Shown here one piece after another: positions 39,069-49,126 of a stretch of 64,000 nt of DNA. Location: NCBI GenBank assembly GCA_965197475.1, contig CBDANF010000002.1, positions 512,001 through 576,000 on the forward strand. The letters are read 5' to 3'. Origin of the DNA: Candidatus Poribacteria bacterium. Its GTDB lineage: Bacteria; Poribacteria; WGA-4E; WGA-3G. Made by a program: the position numbers and the translations under genes. Within the stretch, counting starts at the first letter, position 1. Each line of letters opens with the position of its first letter. The notes under the pieces are model-generated. The model saw only the letters and a program-made list of their open reading frames with translations. It was not told where the DNA came from and ran no database searches.

Positions 39069-39845
39069 ATGGCACATAAGGCAGCGCGAAGGTTGATAAT
39101 TTACCTTTTTCTCGTGTTTACTATGACTGTCAGTGTGTTCGCAGCAGACCATGCACCTACTCCCAAAGTTGAAGATATTATTAGACATATCGATCAGCTT
39201 TATCGCAGCAAAACAAGTCATGCCGACATGGAGATGCAAATCGTCACGCCTCATTACGAACGAACGTTAAAGATGTTGGTTTGGACAAAGGGTATGGATA
39301 AAACTTTTATTCGGATTACCGCACCAAAGAAGGATAAGGATGTCGCGACACTACGGATCGGTAATCAGATGTGGAATTATCTGCCCAAAATTAACAAGAC
39401 GATGAAGATTCCACCGTCAATGATGATGGGTTCATGGATGGGTTCTGATTTCACGAATGACGACCTCGTTAGAGAGTCGTCAATGCTCAACGATTACACC
39501 TACCGACTGATTACTCCAGAAGACGCAACCCCAGATCATCTATATGTTGAGCTTATACCGAATGAAGAATCGCCAATTGTTTGGGGTAAAGTTATTGCTG
39601 CAGTGCGATCCGCTGATTATATTCCTGTTTGGCAGCATTTCTATGACGAAAAAGGAAAATTGATGCGTGTTCTGAACTTCAAAGAGGTTAAAAAATTTGG
39701 TAGTAAAACGCTTCCTTCTGTGATGGAAATGATTCCGCAAAACAAAGAGGGACACAAAACAGTGGTTCGGTTTTTGAAGGCGGAGTATGATTCTGATATT
39801 GATGAAAAAATCTTCACGCGCCGAAATCTTCAGAAAAGAAAATAG
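39069..39845 (+). CDS. Outer-membrane lipoprotein-sorting protein (LolA-like)
   Basis: Signal peptide; MWNYLPK...SWMGSDFTNDDL...FTRRNL. Confidence 0.85.
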   Translation: MAHKAARRLIIYLFLVFTMTVSVFAADHAPTPKVEDIIRHIDQLYRSKTSHADMEMQIVTPHYERTLKMLVWTKGMDKTFIRITAPKKDKDVATLRIGNQMWNYLPKINKTMKIPPSMMMGSWMGSDFTNDDLVRESSMLNDYTYRLITPEDATPDHLYVELIPNEESPIVWGKVIAAVRSADYIPVWQHFYDEKGKLMRVLNFKEVKKFGSKTLPSVMEMIPQNKEGHKTVVRFLKAEYDSDIDEKIFTRRNLQKRK

Positions 39846-39881
39846 TTTGTTTTCTACTGGAAAAACAGTAGAGATTTCAAA

Positions 39882-40466
39882 ATGGGAGTTATAATGAAGA
39901 GGTATTCAGTGAGAAAAATAGTGAGATGCATAATTCCTGTCCTAATCTTTCTCTTATTGAGTTTAACTTTTTGTTTTTCGATTCAGGCACAAGAGACTAA
40001 CCTTACTAAAAATTTCGGTATTGGTGCTCATGGGGCTACACCCGCATTTGGTGGCGTTAGTCTGCGTTATAACGGATTAGCACCTGTATACCTTCAAACC
40101 GTTGGACGTTTTATTCTCAGCGATGAAATTGCGGACCACATGGTAGGTGCTGGTGTATCGTATGCCATATTTGAGCATCAAGGTAAGTGGAGCCAAGCAC
40201 GGCTCTATTTCACTTTAGAAGGTGGCTGGCGGTATAACAAAGAGACAGATATCCAAGATGAGACATCAGAAACCACGACATTAGAAGAAACCACGACATT
40301 GGCAGCTGGAATCGCTTTTGGTGGTGAGCTTGTGTTTTCATTTGGTGGGATACCACTCGGATTGAACATCGGAATTGGTCAAGGGATTGGCAGAGAAAAC
40401 GCCAATTCTCAATCTAAAGGTCTTGCTGGTGTCTACGTAGCAGCGGGTATACATGCCTATTTTTAA
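39882..40466 (+). CDS. Small outer-membrane beta-barrel protein
   Basis: Signal peptide, amphipathic strands, C-terminal GIHAYF. Confidence 0.7.
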   Translation: MGVIMKRYSVRKIVRCIIPVLIFLLLSLTFCFSIQAQETNLTKNFGIGAHGATPAFGGVSLRYNGLAPVYLQTVGRFILSDEIADHMVGAGVSYAIFEHQGKWSQARLYFTLEGGWRYNKETDIQDETSETTTLEETTTLAAGIAFGGELVFSFGGIPLGLNIGIGQGIGRENANSQSKGLAGVYVAAGIHAYF

Positions 40467-42081
40467 ATCTGTTCTTCTACATCTTTTTCTCATATTTGTC
40501 TGTAGTATATCTATATCCGGATGCTCAAAAGAACTTGGTGGAGAAGTAAAACAGACAGTGCCAATTCCCCCTGCAGCGTTCTCTTTTAAACAACACGAGA
40601 TTGTCACCGGTTCCGCGAAACACCAGACCGTTTTGACAGGGTTCCTTATGGGAGGGACTATTGCGGAACTTGCTATGGTGGATATTGACGAAAACAATAC
40701 CCGACGGCTGCGTATCTATGCATTCAATGATGGAACTTGGGGACAGAGCCTTGACGCAACGTTGCACCCACAAGTGTTGTTTGTTGACATAACACATATT
40801 GATGGACGCGACAGACTCATCAGTTACGAACCTGGTCGTCTGAACTGGTTTGATCCGGACTCTGCAATAGAACGGACACTGGTAGAAATTACTACGAACT
40901 ACAACACGATTGACAAAGGTAAAATCCCACATGTTGACATTACCCAAGACCTAAACGGTGACAGCCTTGACGACCTGGTAGTTCCAGATGTTGATGGTTT
41001 CTGGATAGCCACGCAATTGGAAAATGGAGGGTTCACCGACCCGATAAAAATTGGACCACCCGACCCCTTCCTTGATGATATAGCATTGGATGAGAAAAGT
41101 AACTACCGCGATGTGGGAATAAACGCCTTGACGGTTTTATGGTACCTGAGTCGTGTCCATCAGATGGACTACAATGCGGACGGACGCAACGATCTTGTGT
41201 TTTGGAACGTAGATCATTTCAACGTTTATCTGCAGAACACACAAGGGATGTTTTCCCCGATGGCTGAAACCTTTACTATTGATGTGCCGTTTGACACTGA
41301 CGGTGCCTATTCAATTGCTTTCGGATACAGCGGCGAGAACATGTTGGCACTTATCTATGGATTTAGAAAGAACACCAAACGGAAAGTGCTGCACACGTTC
41401 CGTGATATGAACGGGGACGGTGTAGCGGATCTGATAATCCACGCATTGGCGGGAAGGAGTCTTGGAAAACAGCGAAGTCTGTACGAAGTCCATTTGGGCA
41501 TGCTAACCCCTAATGGGACAGTGTTCGCAAAAGATATTAGTATGATGATCAGACCGCGTGGGACTGCTGGTGCACTGCAGCCTTGGGGCTATTCGTCTCA
41601 GTGGTTGCAGGACTTTGATGGAGATGGTGATATCGACATTCTGTTCAGAGATGTGAATACTGCTATCGGCGGAATGACCCGTGCACTTGTCGGCAATTCT
41701 ATCGCGATAGATCTTGAGTTCTATCGTATGGAAAATGGCACTTACGCGGACAAACCTACTGCCACACGTAAAATCAGACCGACATTAGACCTGTTCAAGG
41801 CACACGGGGTTTTCTTTCCAGCAGTATTGTTGGGTGATGTAAACGGCGATGGACACTCGGACCTGTTAGTGGGAAAGAACTGGAAAGAATTGCACATTTT
41901 TCTCGGTGTATCGGGACCTGAGTTGTTAGCAAAGAAGCCTCAAAAAGTGAAAGTTGCCATGCCTAATGACGAGCGAAATATATGGTTAGTAAACCTCAAC
42001 AAGGACAACAAACAAGACATCCTTATCTATCATCGGTCTACCACCGAGCAATATCGAGTAACCATGCTTATGACCCGATAA
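40453..42081 (+). CDS. FG-GAP/VCBS-repeat lipoprotein
   Basis: Lipobox ISGC; repeated D.NGDG..DL. Confidence 0.85.
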   Translation: MPIFKSVLLHLFLIFVCSISISGCSKELGGEVKQTVPIPPAAFSFKQHEIVTGSAKHQTVLTGFLMGGTIAELAMVDIDENNTRRLRIYAFNDGTWGQSLDATLHPQVLFVDITHIDGRDRLISYEPGRLNWFDPDSAIERTLVEITTNYNTIDKGKIPHVDITQDLNGDSLDDLVVPDVDGFWIATQLENGGFTDPIKIGPPDPFLDDIALDEKSNYRDVGINALTVLWYLSRVHQMDYNADGRNDLVFWNVDHFNVYLQNTQGMFSPMAETFTIDVPFDTDGAYSIAFGYSGENMLALIYGFRKNTKRKVLHTFRDMNGDGVADLIIHALAGRSLGKQRSLYEVHLGMLTPNGTVFAKDISMMIRPRGTAGALQPWGYSSQWLQDFDGDGDIDILFRDVNTAIGGMTRALVGNSIAIDLEFYRMENGTYADKPTATRKIRPTLDLFKAHGVFFPAVLLGDVNGDGHSDLLVGKNWKELHIFLGVSGPELLAKKPQKVKVAMPNDERNIWLVNLNKDNKQDILIYHRSTTEQYRVTMLMTR

Positions 42082-42105
42082 ACAAAATCATCGATTTTTT
42101 TCTAC

Positions 42106-42641
42106 GAACTCATAGCGAGTAAGAGCTAAGCATCGTTGAAAGTTCTCCGAAAGTTTATCATTGAATATGCTAAATTAACGTGAGTTTGATAATTAAAAAC
42201 TGGTAAATAGAGAACCCCTTTGTTATTATGAAGTATATCAAATGCCTCAAAAAGTTTCTGATACGAGCCATCTTTTGACCACCGATTATGCCATTTATAG
42301 ATATTAGACCAATGGAGTTCAGGATGCCGGGTTCGGAGTTGATCCCATTGAATACCCGTATGTAAAACATAGAGGATATAGTTGAATATCTTGTCCAAGG
42401 AGAGTTTCGGTTTCGGGCTTTTGACTCGTTTCGCTAAATGTGGTAAGATATAACGATTGAAATCTTTACGGGAAACCTGTTTGGGAATACAGTTGTATTT
42501 TGGTGATTTTTGAGCCTCGTTTGCCATAATAACACCTTTCATAAAGTAAATCGGTATCTGAAGTGGAAAGAATGGGACATAAATTATACCCTTTTCTTTC
42601 CCTATTTTACCACATCCTTATGTTTTACTCAATATGACTTC
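42106..42641 (-). mobile_element. Internally deleted IS5-family element (same family as 58146-59142)
   Basis: Ends GAAGTCATATTGAGTAA / TTACTCGCTATGAGTTC shared with the full copy; ORF 42126-42542 joins the N- and C-termini. Confidence 0.88.
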
Positions 42642-42651
42642 CATATAAACC

Positions 42652-42773
42652 CAGAGCCATTCAATTCTCCAATTATTTCCACCTTCTCCTTAACACCTCT
42701 TCCTGTAGGAGCAAATTCCAGCTCACGACCATGTCCAAAATATTAAGAGAAACACGAAAACTGAATGGCTCTG
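42652..42773. mobile_element. MITE copy 4 (CAGAGCCATTCA family)
   Basis: Perfect TIRs, 9-bp duplication ATATAAACC, internal GTAGGAGC-type REP. Confidence 0.85.
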
Positions 42774-42895
42774 ATATAAACCTCTTTTTCCTTTACATTT
42801 TTCCGAAAATTGAATATACTGTTAGTATAGTCCGCCCGAAATGTTTATTATCAAACACTATCTAAATTTTACCACTTTTTCAAGGGAGAAAATCA

Positions 42896-43069
42896 TTGAA
42901 CTACTTTGATTTGCGCGAAGATGCAATTGATCTGCAAGGCATATTAGAAGATGATAGGGTCTTGGTTACATTTAATCTAGATAATATCGTCGCTGTCATT
43001 GAGTTTGATAGAGTACCCGGAGGCGAGACTTTGGATATGGCACTTTGGGCTTTTTCAAAATATAAATGA
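42896..43069 (+). CDS. Small hypothetical protein or remnant (57 aa)
   Basis: AAGGGAG RBS, TTG start, MNYFDLREDAIDLQG... Confidence 0.35.
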   Translation: MNYFDLREDAIDLQGILEDDRVLVTFNLDNIVAVIEFDRVPGGETLDMALWAFSKYK

Positions 43070-43279
43070 TTTCAAACTGTCCGCTTACAATACCTTCGTA
43101 TGATTGGGACAACTCGCTATCGATTATAGGAGTATCCTTTGCAAGTTGAAACTTCAATCGTTTTGTGGTATTATAAAGTCAAGGAACGCAGCAGTTATCG
43201 GACATTTTTTCAGAGAAATGATGTAACGTCACAACAAAAGAAAGGCGCGGCTGTAAAATTCTCCGCCACGAAAGAAACG

Positions 43280-43498
43280 ATGAAACCAGAGCAAGTGATA
43301 AACCAAGACCCCGACATTCACGGAGGAGTGCCAGTGTTTACCGGCACCCGTGTTCCTATACAGTCCCTGATTGATCATCTGAAAGCAGGGGAGAGCCTTG
43401 ACTACTTTCTTGAAGGATTCCCTTCTGTTTCTCAAGAGCAGGCAATCGCCTTTTTAGAATTCGCATTGACGACGGCAATTGGATCATACTCCAGATAA
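43280..43498 (+). CDS. DUF433 antitoxin
   Basis: DPDIHGGVPVFTGTRVP...GESLDYFLEGFPSV. Confidence 0.9.
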   Translation: MKPEQVINQDPDIHGGVPVFTGTRVPIQSLIDHLKAGESLDYFLEGFPSVSQEQAIAFLEFALTTAIGSYSR

Positions 43499-43517
43499 GA
43501 TCGGAAATCAAAGCAAC

Positions 43518-43850
43518 ATGCGCGTACTACTTGACGAAAACTTAGACTGGCGATTGGTAAGATATTTTGATGCCGATTTCCAAGTGACAACTGTTTCTCG
43601 GCAAGGTTGGAAAGGAAAGCGAAATAGCGAGCTCCTTGGGCAAGCCGCGGCAACGTTTGATGCGCTGGTGACAATGGACAAAGGAATTGAATATCAACAG
43701 AACATCAGCAAATACGCTATCGGTGTCATTCTAATCTCTGCCAGAAGCAATCGACTTGAGGACATTCAGTCTGCTATGCTGAGAGTGAATCAAGTGCTCA
43801 GAGACGTTCAACCCGGACAAGTCATCCACGTGACTGCCAATGTGCCATAA
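43518..43850 (+). CDS. DUF5615 PIN-like toxin
   Basis: MRVLLDENL, GWKG..N.ELL, LVTMDKGIEYQQN. Confidence 0.9.
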   Translation: MRVLLDENLDWRLVRYFDADFQVTTVSRQGWKGKRNSELLGQAAATFDALVTMDKGIEYQQNISKYAIGVILISARSNRLEDIQSAMLRVNQVLRDVQPGQVIHVTANVP

Positions 43851-44042
43851 CTTTTGTATAAAATATATACCATTAGTGACCAATTCCGAACGCTTTTGGT
43901 TATTGCAAGTGATAAAAATCTTCCAACCGAATGTGATAGCAAAATAAGACTGTCTGATCTCGTTGTCTTTACGCGAATTGCTGCGGTTTATTGACAGTAA
44001 TCCAACAATGAAAAACAAAACATCTTCAATAGGAGGTTCATT

Positions 44043-45887
44043 GTGCAAACTCCAACTTCTGCTTTTGAGGAAACCGGTATCGGTTCCATCCACGTTGAAC
44101 CATTACCACCAACAGTAATAGAAGAAACTAAACTTGACTACCACCAACTCTGCCCCGCTGACGATTTTGAGGAACTGGAAGGCAAACCCTTTCATGTCAA
44201 CGGCACACATCTGGCTGTTTTCAAATCCAACGACAAATTTTACGCCGTTGACAATCGCTGCCCACACATGGGTTATCCGATGTCCAAAGGGAGTATCCGT
44301 GATGGGGTACTGATCTGCCATTGGCACCACTGGGAATTTGACCTCAATTCGGGTGCATGCTTCTTGGCATCTGGCGATGACCTGAAAGCGTTTCCTGTTG
44401 AATTACGGGAGGACGGTTATTTATACGTAGGGTTAGCGAAAGGCGAGCGGGAGGCAGCAAAACAACGTGTCATCGCAAACGGAAAACGTGCACTTGAGCG
44501 TGGTCTCAAGGACCGCAGCACCTTCTTTATCGCCAAAGCCGTTACAGCACTTCGTGATGCAGGCGCACCACCAGCGGAGATTATTCAACAAGGACTCCAC
44601 TACGGGTCACATAAAAGTAGTGATGGATGGTCGTCAGGTGTAGCAATCCTCACACTGGCAGCGAACCTGTGGGATGACGTTGATCCAAAAGACCATAACC
44701 TTTTCCTCGTACACGGATTAAGCCAGATTAGCCGTAGAACATCGGGAAGTGCACGCCCCTATCGCGCCCCCTTTCCGCGAGTTAATGAGGATCACGATCT
44801 GGAAACATTGCAGCGATGGTTCCGATATTTTGTAGATAAACGCCACAGAGGCGCAGCGGAACGCATCTTGCTAACGCTTAATGATCGAGACTACGATAAA
44901 TCGGTCATCGCAGACTTCGTATACACGGCAGCGACAGACTATTACTTCACTGGAGACGGACACGCGCTTGATTTTGCGAATAAAATGTTTGAAGCGTTGG
45001 ATTACGTCAACTGGGAAGGATCACACGAGATTTTGCGACCGATCGTCGTTGACTTGGTCAGTAGAACACGCCATGAGGAAACCTCTCGATGGGCAGACTC
45101 TGTACCTGTCTTACAACCCATCTTTAAGAGACTCAATAGTGTGTGGGAAGACAATCAAGCGAACGAAGCCGAACTTGATATTTCAGCGTTTACACAGACG
45201 CTGCTCGGTGACGACTTTGAACCTACTGTCGTAGCGGTTGAGCAGAACCTTCGCAAAGGGGTTAAGCCAACTGACATCTGCCGCGCGATGACTTATGCAT
45301 CGGCAATACGAACTGCTCGGTTCCATCTCAAAAACGAAGGAGACTGGCACGATGTCGCGAACATTTACTCCTATTCTCACGCTCTTTATCACGCTTTTCA
45401 GTATTCACCAAGTGCTAACCTACTGCGTGGTATATTTCACGGTGTAGTTTATTTGGCATATTTACGCTGGTTGAACATGCCTGCCGCCCGCATTCCCAAA
45501 CCCGGGCAGCGGATACCTGATGAAACTTACGCCTCTGCTGGCAAAATGTTAGAACGGCTTCAAGAATTCGCTGACTTCCAAAAAGTCTATGAAGCAGAGA
45601 TTCTGGTAAATCAATATCTTGAAGAAGGGCATGATGTCTCTGCACTAAAACGAACGCTCTCACACATCCTGCTACGTGAAGACGCAGAACTCCACATGTT
45701 CCAGGTCCTTGAAGTCGCCTTCCGGCATTACGACTTGTCAGACGACTTTGAAGAACAACGGATGCATCTATTGGCAGCGACACGTTATATCACGGCACAG
45801 AAACTGATGAAGAACATTTTGTGGTCCACCGAGAATGCAGAACGTCTCGCGCGAGGTGAGTTGCTTAGCGAACGCGACGATGATTAA
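44043..45887 (+). CDS. Rieske [2Fe-2S] domain protein with long helical C-terminal region
   Basis: CPHMG...CHWHHW; GGAGG RBS with GTG start. Confidence 0.85.
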   Translation: MQTPTSAFEETGIGSIHVEPLPPTVIEETKLDYHQLCPADDFEELEGKPFHVNGTHLAVFKSNDKFYAVDNRCPHMGYPMSKGSIRDGVLICHWHHWEFDLNSGACFLASGDDLKAFPVELREDGYLYVGLAKGEREAAKQRVIANGKRALERGLKDRSTFFIAKAVTALRDAGAPPAEIIQQGLHYGSHKSSDGWSSGVAILTLAANLWDDVDPKDHNLFLVHGLSQISRRTSGSARPYRAPFPRVNEDHDLETLQRWFRYFVDKRHRGAAERILLTLNDRDYDKSVIADFVYTAATDYYFTGDGHALDFANKMFEALDYVNWEGSHEILRPIVVDLVSRTRHEETSRWADSVPVLQPIFKRLNSVWEDNQANEAELDISAFTQTLLGDDFEPTVVAVEQNLRKGVKPTDICRAMTYASAIRTARFHLKNEGDWHDVANIYSYSHALYHAFQYSPSANLLRGIFHGVVYLAYLRWLNMPAARIPKPGQRIPDETYASAGKMLERLQEFADFQKVYEAEILVNQYLEEGHDVSALKRTLSHILLREDAELHMFQVLEVAFRHYDLSDDFEEQRMHLLAATRYITAQKLMKNILWSTENAERLARGELLSERDDD

Positions 45888-46097
45888 CACTTATCAAAGG
45901 GATTTAGCGATTTCTAACGCTTTGGGCTGGAGTCCTACTGCTTTCGAGGTTGGAGGAAAGCCCGTCACTTTCTCAGAAAAGTATCAAACAGGACGAAGTC
46001 TTGAACTTACAGTGCCGCATTGTCCTTTACCACAGATAACCCGACACGGTGTAATTTGAGCAAAGTGTTGACTCCCAAATAATTCGGTTCAGAAACT

Positions 46098-49000
46098 ATG
46101 CCAAACAGTGAAAACACAATCACCAGTGCCTTTGTAAACGTGCTACGCCCCATGAGAGATGCATGGCGTGTTGATGAACAAATTACGAAGCCGTTCCTTA
46201 ACGCTACACAGAAACCTGATGTAATTGTCACCGAAACAGGACGAAACCCAATCGTCATTGAAGTAAAAATTGACGGTAAGACACCAAATCTTTCCGGTAT
46301 GACACAGGCTGAAGCACATTTTGGAATGCTGCTTGATCCCAACGTTTTCTCAGGTCTTACTTACGATACCGTTGAAAACGTCCTACGCGTCCGTATGCCT
46401 GCCCGATTCAAAACGATGCCACAAGGGAACATTGACCCCGAAATGCGGAAAGCAGAAGACATCGCTTACATGCTTATCAACAGACCAGAAATAGAAAACA
46501 AACCAAAATCTGATTCAGACCTATTCATCTATGAAGCAGAAGAAACAGAACAAGATAACGAAGCAGAACCTGAACGTTTTCCTCAAAACGGTTGGTTAAA
46601 AGGAAGCGTAACCGACATTGCAACCGCTATTCGCGTCGGAGCAACTCCCATCTCCAAAATCAACGCCGCAGCTGACTTATTAGAGGCGCGGATAGAAATT
46701 GCCGCGAAGCAGCTTGAGGCAGCAATTTCAGAACGCCCCGGCATCGACGAGGAAATTGAAGGGATTCTTTTTCAAAAATCTGGTCAACAAACTTCGCGGA
46801 TGGCAATGCTTATCATTACCAACGCCTTTGTGTTTCAGAGTGCACTTGCCGGTAAATCCGAAATGGAAGATGTCCTATCTCTCAAACGGATGTTAGCCGA
46901 TAACGCGAGACGACTCCGCTACGATCAAGTAATTGCTGGATGGAACATTATTCTCAACGTAAATTACCGTCCGATTTTCTATGTCGCAAAACGACTCATA
47001 GAGGCTATCGCAACTGACGACGAACTGATTGATAGAGTGTTGGCAATTCTTTGTAGGGCAGCAAGGGAACTGGTTGACCAACGACTCACGCAGGTACACG
47101 AACTCGCTGGAACTGTTTTTCAACGGCTCATTGTTGACAGAAAGTATGTTAAAGCAAACTACACACGTCTTGAATCCGCTTCCTTGTTGTCTGCTTTGTT
47201 ACTGCCGAAAACCCAAGAAGATGTCCGAGAATTGAAGATCGCTGATTTTGCCTGCGGGACAGGTTCACTTCTCAACGGCACATACCAACGAATCCTTGAA
47301 CTTCATGAACAAGCTGGCGGTAAAGGCAGCCACATTCACACACAGATGATAGAGAAAAACATCGTTGGATGCGACATTATGCCAAACGCAAGCCACTTAA
47401 CCGCGTCACTCCTTACAAGCACTCACCCGGATTTGAAAATCGGTAACACCCGAATCCATACAATGCCCTACGGCAGTCAAGAAGATCGCAGTTATGCCCT
47501 CGGGGCACTTGATCTGTTTGATATCCCTGGAACACTTCCGCTCCCAATGATGGGTACAGAAGTTCAACAGGTCGGTGGGGAGGACGACACGACAGTGATT
47601 ACACAAACGGAATTTCGCCATAACGAATTTGATATTGTCGTCCTAAATCCACCGTTTACCAGACCTGATTCTGATCCAAAAAGCAGTGTGCCAAAAGCCG
47701 TATTCAAAGGAAGCAACAGAACCAAAGAAGAAGAAAAGGCAATGCGCAAGGCACGTAAGCGAAAAAAATGGCGAGTCGGCGATGGCAATGCAGGACTCGC
47801 TTCCGACTTTGTTGACCTTGCAGACAAAATGCTAAAGGAAAATGGAAAGAGTAGAATGGGATTCATTTTGCCTATTACGTCTCTATCTGCCTCTGACTGG
47901 CGGAAAGTACGGAATATGTGGGCGACTGAATACCACGATGTGGTTGTAATTACCATCGCGGATGCCAAGGGTGAAGGCTGCGCATTTTCTGCAGATACAA
48001 CCATGGCAGAGTGCATAGTAGTAGCAACCAAGGGAGAGAAAAATGACAATACAGGACGCGGTACGTTTATATCCCTAAACCATCGTCCTCGGAGTGTGTT
48101 AGAAGCAAGTGTAGTAGCAAATACTATCCATAGGCATCATAGCATTCGTCGGTTAGAAGATGAACCGAGCGGTGGTGATCCGCTTAAAGTCGGGGACGAT
48201 TCACTCGCACATGTCCTCAACTGTCCGTTATGGATAGACAAAGCGTGGGAGGCTGTCCGTATCAAGGAGATGGCTTTAATCCAATCCGTATATCGTTTAG
48301 CAAACGGAGAGATGTGGCTGCCAACACAAGTGGACCCGGTAAAGATTCCAATATGCAGTGTAGTCGATATCGCTGAGATTGGTGCAACGCATCGGGATAT
48401 TTATGAAAAAAGTGAGCGTGGCGCGTTTGACGTCGAAAAAGGCTACAACGATACTGATCTCTATTCAGGCTTATGGCATGTTAATGCCCCAGCACAAAGG
48501 GCAATGGTTGTTGACCCCGATTGCCACCTCATCACGCGTGCTAACTGCCATGACAAAGCACAAAAGATACTCACACGCAATGGACGTGTGCATTTCAACC
48601 TGAACATGGGATTTAACGCCAACTCCCTCGGTGTCCTATTCACTACAAAACCTACAATCGGTGTTGCTTTGATGCCTAACATTGCCTTTAAGGATAAAAG
48701 TCGTGAGTATGATTATGCCTGGACGCTCTGGGGCAATTCAATATTAGGGCTTATGCTACACTGGGCACATAGCGGGAAACAACAACCGGGTAGAGGCATG
48801 AGTGCGCGCAGGATGTTACTCCAAATGCCAACATTAGATGTGCGGTGTCTGTCAGATAATGCATTAGCAAACGCAGAACATGTCTTCCACGACTTGAAAC
48901 ATAAGCGGATGTTACCTTTCAATGAGGCAAATCACGACACGGTGCGTCACGAACTGGATCGTCGTTTGTTGAATGAAGTGCTGGACATCACGAGTGAAGA

Positions 49001-49124
49001 TGCACACAACGCTGTTCACCGCCTCCGCGAACTGTTGGCTGCCGAACCGAGTATCCACGGCGGAAAGAAATCACGGTGCGATCTTGAAAAGGAATGGGAA
49101 CAACTTAAAAAGCAGGATATGTAA
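46098..49124 (+). CDS. Type IIG-like restriction-modification fusion (REase-N6 MTase-TRD)
   Basis: KPDV...IEVK, DFACGTG, LNPPF, GFILP. Confidence 0.88.
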   Translation: MPNSENTITSAFVNVLRPMRDAWRVDEQITKPFLNATQKPDVIVTETGRNPIVIEVKIDGKTPNLSGMTQAEAHFGMLLDPNVFSGLTYDTVENVLRVRMPARFKTMPQGNIDPEMRKAEDIAYMLINRPEIENKPKSDSDLFIYEAEETEQDNEAEPERFPQNGWLKGSVTDIATAIRVGATPISKINAAADLLEARIEIAAKQLEAAISERPGIDEEIEGILFQKSGQQTSRMAMLIITNAFVFQSALAGKSEMEDVLSLKRMLADNARRLRYDQVIAGWNIILNVNYRPIFYVAKRLIEAIATDDELIDRVLAILCRAARELVDQRLTQVHELAGTVFQRLIVDRKYVKANYTRLESASLLSALLLPKTQEDVRELKIADFACGTGSLLNGTYQRILELHEQAGGKGSHIHTQMIEKNIVGCDIMPNASHLTASLLTSTHPDLKIGNTRIHTMPYGSQEDRSYALGALDLFDIPGTLPLPMMGTEVQQVGGEDDTTVITQTEFRHNEFDIVVLNPPFTRPDSDPKSSVPKAVFKGSNRTKEEEKAMRKARKRKKWRVGDGNAGLASDFVDLADKMLKENGKSRMGFILPITSLSASDWRKVRNMWATEYHDVVVITIADAKGEGCAFSADTTMAECIVVATKGEKNDNTGRGTFISLNHRPRSVLEASVVANTIHRHHSIRRLEDEPSGGDPLKVGDDSLAHVLNCPLWIDKAWEAVRIKEMALIQSVYRLANGEMWLPTQVDPVKIPICSVVDIAEIGATHRDIYEKSERGAFDVEKGYNDTDLYSGLWHVNAPAQRAMVVDPDCHLITRANCHDKAQKILTRNGRVHFNLNMGFNANSLGVLFTTKPTIGVALMPNIAFKDKSREYDYAWTLWGNSILGLMLHWAHSGKQQPGRGMSARRMLLQMPTLDVRCLSDNALANAEHVFHDLKHKRMLPFNEANHDTVRHELDRRLLNEVLDITSEDAHNAVHRLRELLAAEPSIHGGKKSRCDLEKEWEQLKKQDM

Positions 49125-49126
49125 AA

